Shown here: positions 19,695 through 26,923 of the stretch, one piece after another | Numbering within the stretch: the stretch's first letter is position 1 | Layout of the letters: every line of letters begins with the position of its first letter | Source of the DNA: Geotalea uraniireducens Rf4 | GTDB taxonomy: Bacteria > Desulfobacterota > Desulfuromonadia > Geobacterales > Geobacteraceae | Assembly (NCBI RefSeq): GCF_000016745.1 | Contig: NC_009483.1 | Coordinates: 210,001 to 242,000, forward strand | Reading direction: 5' to 3' | DNA: 32,000 nt | Notes under the pieces: generated by a model | The model's database searches: none | Told to the model about the DNA's origin: nothing | The model's input: only the letters and a program-made list of their open reading frames with translations | Program-made: the position numbers and the translations under genes

Positions 19695-20123
19695 ATGGCG
19701 GAGGATTTCGTGAACGAACAACCGATCATGGTGGTTGAAGACAACCCGGATGACGAATTGCTGACCTTACGGGCATTAAAAAAATGCAATGTCCATAATG
19801 TTGTGGTGAGCCGGGATGGGGCGGAAGCCCTCGATTACTTGTTCCTGGCCCGGAACGAGGCTGCCGCCGAAAAGTATGTCATGCCCCGGTTCATTCTCCT
19901 CGACCTGAAGCTTCCCAAAATAGACGGGCTCCAATGTCTGCTGGCGATCCGGGCAGACGAGAGAACCAAGGATATTCCGATCATCATCGTCACCTCTTCG
20001 AAGGATGAGCGCGACATGAGCCGCTGCCGGACTCTGCGGGTGAAAGGTTACCTGAACAAACCGCTCGATCCGAAGGAACTTGCCGAAACGCTCCAAGAGC
20101 TGGGGATCAACTACCAGACGTAA
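19695..20123 (+). CDS. Single-domain response regulator (CheY-like receiver)
   Basis: 142-aa ORF. Receiver motifs are MVVEDNPDDE, phospho-acceptor FILLDLKLPKIDG, and IIIVTSS...LNKP. Confidence 0.9.
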   Translation: MAEDFVNEQPIMVVEDNPDDELLTLRALKKCNVHNVVVSRDGAEALDYLFLARNEAAAEKYVMPRFILLDLKLPKIDGLQCLLAIRADERTKDIPIIIVTSSKDERDMSRCRTLRVKGYLNKPLDPKELAETLQELGINYQT

Positions 20124-22084
20124 TCTTTGGCAATTTCCCGCTTGTCGTGTCCGTAGAGGATATGGAACACCCGCAGCTTTTTCAGCTTAACCGGTGACAG
20201 AGAGCCTAAAGGAATGTAGACGATCTTTTTGCCGAGCCGGGCCGCGATCTGTCTGAAATAGCTTCTGGGGGGCCTCGCAGCCACATAGACAACATGATTT
20301 TCAGGCGAATAATCGAGCGCCGCCAGAAGCAGCACTTCAGATTTCCCCCGAGCAAACGAATAATCCCCATCGCTCCAGACATCGAGCATCCGCCGCGGCG
20401 GGTAGGAGAGCAGAAAGCCGCCGTATTCGCACCGGGAGATGCCGGGACCGACGATGTTGTCGTCGGGCGGGGTGGCGTAGAAGGCCATGTCCGACTCCTG
20501 TGCATGTTCCCCGAGCCAGGTCATGAGGTAGGGATACCTGTCGTTGCCCCGGTCCTCGTCGAAGATCACTACTATTCCACCGACCCCACCCTTTACCCGC
20601 TGATTTTCCCGTACATAGATCCTCCCCTCGTGGATGTTCCTGAGCGTCTCGCGCATATCGATGCCATCGAGCATTGAGGCCGAGAAGGGCTCCACCCGGC
20701 TCTGCTCTTCGGAGAGCTGCTTCGCCCCCTTTTGTTTCAGGAACCGGCCGTAATCTTCGATGATCAGGTCTTCCGGCGGGTAGGAGCAGATGGACTGGTT
20801 GTCGAACCCTTCCAGCCACTCGCCGGGACGTTTTTCCTTCTTTCTCCTGAGAAAGGCCAGCGGCGAGAGCCCCTTGCCTCGCCGCTGCTCCTTCGGGCGG
20901 AAACGGATGCGGCGGCTTCCCGCCCAGAGATCCTCGGGGTGCAGGAGGATGGTGGGGATGTCGCTCTCTACCTTCTGCCAGGGTGTGAAGGAGGCGAGGC
21001 GGAAAAAGGCATAGGCGAAGTTGTCGTCCACGCAGGAGCGGGCAGCGGCGAGCATCTGGAAGAAGTCGGGGAGGAGCATGCCGGATGTGAGGGCGTAATT
21101 GCGGGCAAAGCGGAAGAATGCCCGTTTCTGCCAGATATGGACCGGTTCGCCGGTCTCCTGCCGGTAGTGGCGGGCGGTCTCCAGAAAGAGGCGATAGGCG
21201 ACACGCTGGCGGTCTGGCATCTCCCCTTCGCCCCCCACGTGGCGGGTGCTTCTGATAACGGATTGCCGCAATACCTCTTCTTCCGGCACGTCCTTTTTCC
21301 CGCCGAGAATCAGCTCAAGGGCGTTAAACTGCTTCCTCAGAGACAATCCATCTGTTGCCGGTTCCGGCGGCAGCTCGCCACGGCGCAGCTCAAAAATAGC
21401 GGAAAGGAACGGGTATTCAGCCAGAATCTCCCGGCAGGAGTCGGGATGGAGATTGAAGAGCCGGACGTTTTCCCTTCTTACCTTGGCGAGGGGCTCTCCC
21501 TGGGGATGAACGAAAAATGTTTTTATCCGCTCCAGGTGGTACATGCCGCAGACGAAAAGGATCCGTCCATGTTTCGCGGAAAGGTTTTGCAGATGGAAAG
21601 CCATCCCCTTTTCCCGGTGCAGGTCCGCTTTGCCGGGTCGGGTGGCGCGGGCAGCCCTGACGAACTCGTCGTAGTAGGCCTTAAGGCCCAGGCGCTGCAC
21701 CGCGTAGGAGTCGGGGAGGGCTTCGTCGTGGAGTGGATAGTCGTCCAGGTCCACGTCGATCAGCTCAAGCGGTATATCCTGCTCCAATGCCAGCCGTGCT
21801 GCCTCCACCAGCGGGTCGGCCGGCTCGATGATGAGGTAGATGTTCTGCGCCGCCTCCGTCTTGCTCCCCGGCTTTGTCTCGTAGCTGAGAACGGATATTT
21901 CCGGCAGCCGGCCGATGCCGCGCAGAAAGGCGGATCTTAGGGTAGGTGGGAGTTCGATGCAGATGCAGTCGGGCTTGAGCCGCGCCACTGCTTCCCGCAC
22001 CAGGTGGGCAAACTCCATCCGATAGTGGAGGATGGGGATGGCATGGACTGGACCGAATTGTTCGAGATGGAGTCTATGGGGCAT
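20111..22084 (-). CDS. Large conserved hypothetical protein; the N-terminal ~190 aa resemble the TraB/PrgY/GumN (Tiki-superfamily) fold, possibly DUF5682-like
   Basis: 657-aa ORF with clean coding character. The N-terminus IPILHYRMEFAHLVREAVARLKPDCICIELP, together with the later ILFVCGMYHLERI, parallels the GTAHVS...PDxVxVEL...VvGxgHxxGI layout of TraB-family proteins. Family assignment is from memory and is low confidence. Confidence 0.8.
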   Translation of the reverse strand: MPHRLHLEQFGPVHAIPILHYRMEFAHLVREAVARLKPDCICIELPPTLRSAFLRGIGRLPEISVLSYETKPGSKTEAAQNIYLIIEPADPLVEAARLALEQDIPLELIDVDLDDYPLHDEALPDSYAVQRLGLKAYYDEFVRAARATRPGKADLHREKGMAFHLQNLSAKHGRILFVCGMYHLERIKTFFVHPQGEPLAKVRRENVRLFNLHPDSCREILAEYPFLSAIFELRRGELPPEPATDGLSLRKQFNALELILGGKKDVPEEEVLRQSVIRSTRHVGGEGEMPDRQRVAYRLFLETARHYRQETGEPVHIWQKRAFFRFARNYALTSGMLLPDFFQMLAAARSCVDDNFAYAFFRLASFTPWQKVESDIPTILLHPEDLWAGSRRIRFRPKEQRRGKGLSPLAFLRRKKEKRPGEWLEGFDNQSICSYPPEDLIIEDYGRFLKQKGAKQLSEEQSRVEPFSASMLDGIDMRETLRNIHEGRIYVRENQRVKGGVGGIVVIFDEDRGNDRYPYLMTWLGEHAQESDMAFYATPPDDNIVGPGISRCEYGGFLLSYPPRRMLDVWSDGDYSFARGKSEVLLLAALDYSPENHVVYVAARPPRSYFRQIAARLGKKIVYIPLGSLSPVKLKKLRVFHILYGHDKREIAKDYVW

Positions 22085-22154
22085 GGGGAAACCTCTGTTC
22101 TACATTCATGAATTCACCGTATTCTCCCGACCCTTATCCACGCTCCTTTTCCGC

Positions 22155-22826
22155 TCAGGAAGGGAGTTCGGTCAATTCGCGACTGTTTATGATCCTGATG
22201 CCATTCTGTCGGTACCGCTCCAGCACCTTGGCCATGTCTCGTCCGGTCAGGACGGCATCCTGGATAACCGTGACCTTGTACCCCCGATTAAGCGCCCCGA
22301 GCGCCGTGTAGTAGACACAGAATGCGGCATCCAGACCTACCAGAAAAACTTCATCCACCTGACGGGCAATAAGAAACTGTTCAAGCTTCGGGTTTGAAAA
22401 GGCATCGGTTCTGTTCTTTTTGAAGTCATTGTTGTTGATGATCATGATGCGGCGGTCAATACGTGGTTCAAGCCGCCCTGCGAGTATGCGCCCTCCATGG
22501 AGCCTGGTGATGAGGTCATTCCCAAAGACCTGCCGGATATAGGCCACCTCCATCCCGGCTTGATCGAACCAGTCGATCACCCTGTTTGATGCAGCAATCA
22601 TCGCTCCAAGGGGTGTGGACGTGGAAAGGGGAATGGACTGTCGGTTGCTGCCGCCACCGCTCTCCTGGATATCCATGACCAGCAGCGCCTTAGTGGGGTG
22701 AGGGTAGGCCTCAATCCGTTTACCCTTGGTGGGGATGAACATGTTTCGCATGACGAACAGGCCGAACAGGAGCATCAGGACAGCGAATAGCGCCAGGGCT
22801 GTGAGGACGACGTTCAGAAAGGTCAT
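22155..22826 (-). CDS. Isochorismatase-family cysteine hydrolase with an N-terminal membrane anchor
   Basis: Carries ALLVMDIQE... and ...VDEVFLVGLDAAFCVYYTALGALNRGYKVTVIQDAV, the isochorismatase/nicotinamidase catalytic-Cys region. Start chosen at ATG 22826 (MTFLNVVLTALALFAVLMLLFGLFV, a TM helix) with GGAGA upstream. The ORF track extends it to 22892. Confidence 0.85.
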   Translation of the reverse strand: MTFLNVVLTALALFAVLMLLFGLFVMRNMFIPTKGKRIEAYPHPTKALLVMDIQESGGGSNRQSIPLSTSTPLGAMIAASNRVIDWFDQAGMEVAYIRQVFGNDLITRLHGGRILAGRLEPRIDRRIMIINNNDFKKNRTDAFSNPKLEQFLIARQVDEVFLVGLDAAFCVYYTALGALNRGYKVTVIQDAVLTGRDMAKVLERYRQNGIRIINSRELTELPS

Positions 22827-22904
22827 GGTCGCTTTTCTCCGTATTAGAAAGAAAAAGAATAAGAAGTTCAGACCTACGCTTTTGATTGTCAATTATGTAG
22901 GTTT

Positions 22905-22933
22905 GACCCTTTTCCATATGACCCTTTTCCATA
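22905..22933. repeat. Tandem 14-bp direct repeat GACCCTTTTCCATA x2 (15-bp period)
   Basis: Copies at 22905-22918 and 22920-22933, between the vapC 3' end and the isochorismatase-family gene start. Confidence 0.6.
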
Positions 22934-22961
22934 GGTCTTACCTTTATGGCTCAGTCCTACA

Positions 22962-23360
22962 TCACACCCAGATAACATTTACCAGATGCTCGACCATCTT
23001 GAATTCCGGGTCACCCGTAATAAGGTCTGCTGAATGCTCCATGGCCGAGGCAAGGGCAAAGGCGTCGGCATAGGATATGGGATAACGGGCCTTCAGTTCC
23101 GCGGCTCGGAAGACGAGGTCATTAGGACATGGGAGAATCGTAAAACCTATCCGCTGAATGTGAATGAACACCTCCAGCTTTTTCTGTTCGCCCAGTCGCC
23201 GCTGGGTTATGTAGATGATCTCACCCAGGTTGATGGCGTTGATCAGGCATGGCGTCTGCTGGGCAATGGCCTCTTTCAGCAGATCTCTCACCTTTTCCCC
23301 GCCCGTTTCCTTTTGAAAGAAGCGAAGCAGGGCAAAGCTGTCAAAAAGGAGCTTACTCAC
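22962..23360 (-). CDS. vapC: PIN-domain ribonuclease toxin (VapC)
   Basis: Reads LLFDSFALLRFFQKE...INAINLGEIIY..., with C-terminal acidic residues (SYADAFALASA...LITGDPEF), the PIN-domain layout. The GTG at 23360 overlaps the vapB stop (GTGAGTAA). The ORF-track version starts at GTG 23378. Confidence 0.85.
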   Translation of the reverse strand: MSKLLFDSFALLRFFQKETGGEKVRDLLKEAIAQQTPCLINAINLGEIIYITQRRLGEQKKLEVFIHIQRIGFTILPCPNDLVFRAAELKARYPISYADAFALASAMEHSADLITGDPEFKMVEHLVNVIWV

Positions 23361-23589
23361 CGGCGAAGTCCTTCCCACGTTCCTTCAGCAGCTCATCCGC
23401 CAGCGATGGGCCGGGAGGCAAAGCCCCATAAGCGGCTTCCACCGCGTCCTTCACCACCGGCGCAATGCAGATCATCTCGCCATACTCATAAATCTGTACA
23501 AGCGCACCAGGTTCCATATGATGGCGTTTCCGCAGTCCCGCCGGAATTACCACCTGCCCCTTGGTTGACACCTTGGCTGTGTTGTCCAT
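23353..23589 (-). CDS. vapB: AbrB/MazE/SpoVT-family antitoxin (VapB)
   Basis: MDNTAKVSTKGQVVIPAGLRKRHHMEPGALVQIYEYGEMICIAP is the swapped-hairpin AbrB-type DNA-binding domain. Start set at ATG 23589; the ORF-track extension to 23670 has no protein-like character. Confidence 0.85.
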   Translation of the reverse strand: MDNTAKVSTKGQVVIPAGLRKRHHMEPGALVQIYEYGEMICIAPVVKDAVEAAYGALPPGPSLADELLKERGKDFAGE

Positions 23590-23607
23590 ACCCGCTCCGC
23601 TAGTAAT

Positions 23608-23625
23608 ACGTTTTGTTAAAAACGT
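23608..23625. promoter_or_regulatory. Candidate vapBC operator (perfect inverted repeat)
   Basis: ACGTTTT-gtta-AAAACGT lies 19-36 nt upstream of the vapB start. This is the usual position for TA autoregulation sites. Confidence 0.4.
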
Positions 23626-23784
23626 ACAACATTCATTTCCTTTGGTCAAGGAGCAATTTTCTTGAATCAAAGATGTTCCTCAAAACCTATTTATGTTAAT
23701 TCTTGAGCTCTGCTGACCCCTCTGGTTGGCTCGTTCGAGCCCGCATGTCAACGGAACATCGCTGGTTTACGGAGATGGGTGGTG

Positions 23785-24603
23785 CTACTTCAAATACCGC
23801 AGCGCTTCTTCGCCAAGTATCCGCTCCACCGCCAGCGGCAAGAGCTCCTTGGGCTCCTTCTCCGTAGCGGCCATCATCTTCAGGGCGTAGCGGGCTATGT
23901 TTATGCCGTCCCGCACCGAATAGAGCTCATCGGCGGCATGGGCGCGCTGCAGAAAGTCCACCACGTACTTGAGGATCGCGCTGCCGGCAAAGGGGAGGTT
24001 CTCCTTGAGGATATGCAGCTCCTCGTCCGCTTCGGGAAAGTCGATGTAGATCTGCGGCTGGAGACGGGAGTGGATGTATTCGGGCACCTCGAAGGTGGAG
24101 GCGTCCTCGTTCATGGTGACGACGATGCGGAAATCGGGATGGGCGGGGATGCGCAGGCCGGTGATGATCGATTCAACGTAGCGCCGGTCGTCCAGAAGCG
24201 GTGCCAGCGAAGCCCACGCCTTTTCGCTCATCCGGTTCCCCTCGTCGAGGATCAGCACCCCGCCGCTGACCATGGCGGAAACCAGGGACGAGGCGGCGTA
24301 CTGGATCTTGCCGTCAGGGCCGATCACCGGCGTGACGATCAGGTCCTCCGGCCGGGTGTCCATGGTGGCCTGGAAGAGATAGACCTTGCGCCCGAGGGTG
24401 CGGGCCGCGGCATAGGCGAGGGTGGTTTTCCCCACCCCCGGTTTGCCGATCAGGCGGGGGTTGAAGGGGATGTCCCGCTCGTCGATGACCATCCAGGCTG
24501 CGAGAAGCTGCTTCAAGAGCTCCCCCTGGCCGACCCATTTCAGTGAGAGCTTCACCGGATTGGCCAAGGTGAGGTTGATATCGTCTATAGTTATTCTCTC
24601 CAT
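23785..24603 (-). CDS. AAA_5-type ATPase (MoxR/CbbQ/NorQ-like)
   Basis: 272-aa ORF. Walker A is GKPGVGKTT and Walker B is VLILDEGNR. The region ...DDRRYVESIITG...HPDFRIVVTMNE... is typical of CbbQ/NorQ/MoxR-class ATPases. GGAGG lies upstream of the ATG. Confidence 0.9.
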   Translation of the reverse strand: MERITIDDINLTLANPVKLSLKWVGQGELLKQLLAAWMVIDERDIPFNPRLIGKPGVGKTTLAYAAARTLGRKVYLFQATMDTRPEDLIVTPVIGPDGKIQYAASSLVSAMVSGGVLILDEGNRMSEKAWASLAPLLDDRRYVESIITGLRIPAHPDFRIVVTMNEDASTFEVPEYIHSRLQPQIYIDFPEADEELHILKENLPFAGSAILKYVVDFLQRAHAADELYSVRDGINIARYALKMMAATEKEPKELLPLAVERILGEEALRYLK

Positions 24604-24643
24604 CCATCCTCCAGTTTTTTCGGAACGAGGAGCGAAGACAAAG

Positions 24644-24805
24644 GTTCGAGGATCGAGGATAAAGGATCGAGGATAAAGGATCGAGGAAAACCATAACCTA
24701 GAACCTAGAACCTAGAACCTCGAACCTCGAACCTCGAACCTCGAACCTCGAACCTCGAACCTCGAACCTCGAACCTCGTTCCTCGAACCTTGCTCCTTGC
24801 TCCTC
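24644..24805. repeat. Heptanucleotide tandem-repeat array A (23 units in unbroken 7-nt phase)
   Basis: Read on the + strand in 7-nt phase from 24644: GTTCGAG; then GATCGAG/GATAAAG alternating x5; GAAAACC; ATAACCT; AGAACCT x3; CGAACCT x8; then diverged CGTTCCT, CGAACCT, TGCTCCT x2. Re-phased as GAACCTC there are 9 perfect copies, at 24715-24777. Confidence 0.95.
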
Positions 24806-24986
24806 AGGTATTGTGTTCATGCAGGTACATCATCGCCAGCCTCGCCCTGTTCTCCAGGCATTCGGGGCAGAGCTCGCCGGCGTCGTTCCAGACCTCGGCG
24901 GCCAGCCATTCCCCGGCCTCGGCGAAGACCGATCTTGCCTCCGCATTTTCGTCAAATTCGCATTTACAAATGGTGCAGGTTTTCAT
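24804..24986 (-). CDS. Small CxxC...CxxC zinc-ribbon protein, 60 aa
   Basis: MKTCTICKCEFDENAEARSVFAEAGEWLAAEVWNDAGELCPECLENRARLAMMYLHEHNT. It has two CxxC pairs, a good SD (AAGGA 6 nt upstream of the ATG) and non-shadow amino-acid composition. It lies between hemH and the AAA ATPase gene on the same strand. Confidence 0.55.
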   Translation of the reverse strand: MKTCTICKCEFDENAEARSVFAEAGEWLAAEVWNDAGELCPECLENRARLAMMYLHEHNT

Positions 24987-25053
24987 ACTTCATCCTTCAT
25001 CCTTCATCCTTCACTTTTCACTACTCACTACTCACTACTCACTACTCACCGTT
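24984..25053. repeat. Heptanucleotide tandem-repeat array B (10 units)
   Basis: + strand: CATACTT, CATCCTT x3, CACTTTT, CACTACT x4, CACCGTT. On the coding (minus) strand these read AGTAGTG x4 and AAGGATG x3. Confidence 0.95.
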
Positions 25054-26000
25054 TTGTGCACCAGGTTCGCCAGGCAGTCGATGAACAGGGGGGACGTGTT
25101 CAGCGACGGCGAGCGGCGGAAATGCTCGATGCCGAGCCCTTTTGCCTCTTCCGCATACTGGATGTCGATCTCGTAGAGGGTCTCGATGTGGTCCGAGACA
25201 AAGGAGAGGGGGACCATGAGCAGCTCCTTGCACCCCCCCTTTGCCAGCTTTTGTATCATCTCCTCCGTGGAGGGCTCCAGCCACTTCACCGGGCCGGCAC
25301 GCGATTGAAACGCCAGGTGATAGTTCACGTTCCCCAGCCGCTCCATGACGAGACGTACCGTTTCCAGAATATGGGAGAGATAGGGGTCACCTTCGTCGAT
25401 GAAAGACTGGGGGAGGGAATGGGCGGAAAAGACCAGCTCCACTTCCGATCGGTTGGAAAACTGCGCCAAACCTTCCTCGATTTTTGCCGCGAGGGCCGCG
25501 ATATAGAGGGGGTGATCGTAGAAGCGGTCCACATAGCTGACCTCGAACCGTGCTCCGGCCTCTCCCAGGACCCGCTTCAGCTCGTTGATGCTGGAGCCGG
25601 TGGTTGCCCGTGAATAGTGGGGGTAGAGGGAGAGGGCGATGACGCGGGAGATGCCTTCCCTCTTGATGGCCGCCAGGGCATCGATGGTTGTGGGTTTCCA
25701 GTAGCGCATGGCGACGAAGCAACGGAAATTTCCGCCGAGCTTTTCTTCCAGGGCCTGCGCCTGTGCTTCGGTCAGCTCTCGGATCGGCGATTTGCCGCCG
25801 ATCTGCGAGTAGTAACCTTCCACCTTCGGCGCCCGTTTGCGGCAGATGCGCCGGGCAATGAACGGCTGCAGGAAGGCTGGTCCGATCTTGATAATTTCCC
25901 GATCGGAGAAAAGATTGAGGAGAAAAGGCTCGACGGCTTCAATGGAATCCGGTCCACCCATCTGGAGAAGGAGTACGGCGGTCTTTTCAGGCATTGTCAC
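25035..26000 (-). CDS. hemH: Ferrochelatase
   Basis: 321-aa ORF. Reads [11 protein letters not shown]...[10 protein letters not shown]..., ...YWKPTT..., ...LSLYPHYS... and ...FSAHSLP...GDPY..., the canonical HemH motifs. The last four codons and the stop lie inside repeat array B. Confidence 0.95.
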   Translation of the reverse strand: MTMPEKTAVLLLQMGGPDSIEAVEPFLLNLFSDREIIKIGPAFLQPFIARRICRKRAPKVEGYYSQIGGKSPIRELTEAQAQALEEKLGGNFRCFVAMRYWKPTTIDALAAIKREGISRVIALSLYPHYSRATTGSSINELKRVLGEAGARFEVSYVDRFYDHPLYIAALAAKIEEGLAQFSNRSEVELVFSAHSLPQSFIDEGDPYLSHILETVRLVMERLGNVNYHLAFQSRAGPVKWLEPSTEEMIQKLAKGGCKELLMVPLSFVSDHIETLYEIDIQYAEEAKGLGIEHFRRSPSLNTSPLFIDCLANLVHKTVSSE

Positions 26001-26198
26001 CTCGTGTTACAGGCAGGGTGTGATGGAACGGAACAATTCAACGCTGATATGAACAGCTATTAAGCAATAAGGGCGTCGATTTGTCAATGGGAATCCCCGG
26101 CAGGCGGGGGCGTGAGCTGTTTTCCGACGCCTCTCGCAAATCCTGTTCAGGTGTGTATAATAATCATGTATCTCCATTCCGGTTGTTTCGAGGTGGCC

Positions 26199-26879
26199 AT
26201 GAAGATCTACGACATAACAATGCCGTTATCTGCCGATATGCCGACGTATCCGGGGGACCCGACGGTAAAGATCGAGCCGGTGACCAGGATCGCCCGGGGC
26301 GATGCAGCCAATGTTTCATGCATTTCCATGTCCACCCACAGCGGCACCCACATCGACGTTTCACGCCACTACAGCGACCATGGCCTTTCCGTGGATCATC
26401 TGCCCCTGACCCTTCTGGTCGGAAGAGCCTTGCTGGCGGAGGTTCACGGGGTGAGAGAGATAGGACGGGAGCAGTTAAAACGGTTGCCGCTGAAAGGGGA
26501 AGAGCGGCTTTTGCTCAAAACGGACAATTCCGCCTTGTGGGTCCGGCAGGGGTTTTGGGAAGACTATGCCCATCTGACCGAAGACGGCGCTGCCTATCTG
26601 GTGGAGATGGGGGTGAAGCTGGTCGGCATTGATTACCTCTCGGTTGAGCGCCATGACGGCAACGGGGACGTGCATCGGCTCCTCCTGGGCAATGGCGCGG
26701 TGATCCTGGAGGGGTTGAACCTGGACGGCGTTTCTCCGGGGAATTATGAACTTATCTGTCTGCCGCTGAAAATAAAGGATGGCGATGGCGCGCCGGTCAG
26801 GGCGGTGTTGCGGAGCAGAGAGGGGACAGGAACCGAGAAGGAATTTGACGCGCATACGAGCAAGTGGCCGCTCGCCTGA
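26199..26879 (+). CDS. Cyclase-family protein (kynurenine formamidase-like metal hydrolase)
   Basis: MKIYDITMPLSADMPTYPGDP...MSTHSGTHIDVSRHY carries the HxGTHxD motif of the putative-cyclase/KynB family. Start set at ATG 26199 with GAGGTGG upstream. The ORF-track extension from 26112 is not protein-like. Confidence 0.85.
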   Translation: MKIYDITMPLSADMPTYPGDPTVKIEPVTRIARGDAANVSCISMSTHSGTHIDVSRHYSDHGLSVDHLPLTLLVGRALLAEVHGVREIGREQLKRLPLKGEERLLLKTDNSALWVRQGFWEDYAHLTEDGAAYLVEMGVKLVGIDYLSVERHDGNGDVHRLLLGNGAVILEGLNLDGVSPGNYELICLPLKIKDGDGAPVRAVLRSREGTGTEKEFDAHTSKWPLA

Positions 26880-26923
26880 GCGTTGGGGATGCGGCGGCAA
26901 TGCAAGGGCATTCTCCGCTCAGG

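Noticed and set aside
24314-24694. 126-aa minus-strand ORF that begins in repeat array A and runs into the AAA ATPase gene
   Set aside because: It is out of frame with the well-supported ATPase CDS. Its N-terminus is just translated heptad repeat and the rest is Pro/Gly/Arg-rich shadow sequence.
24644-25053. Possibility that the short tandem repeats are a CRISPR array
   Set aside because: The units are 7 nt and directly abutting, with no unique spacers, no 24-48-nt repeat and no cas genes in the window.
26112-26198. N-terminal extensions offered by the ORF track (26112 for the cyclase-family gene; also 28737 for slyD, 29939 for the rubrerythrin-like gene, 22892 for the isochorismatase-family gene, 23670 for vapB and 11251 for dinD)
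   Set aside because: In each case an internal ATG with a proper Shine-Dalgarno sequence coincides with the start of the conserved domain. The upstream residues are not protein-like.
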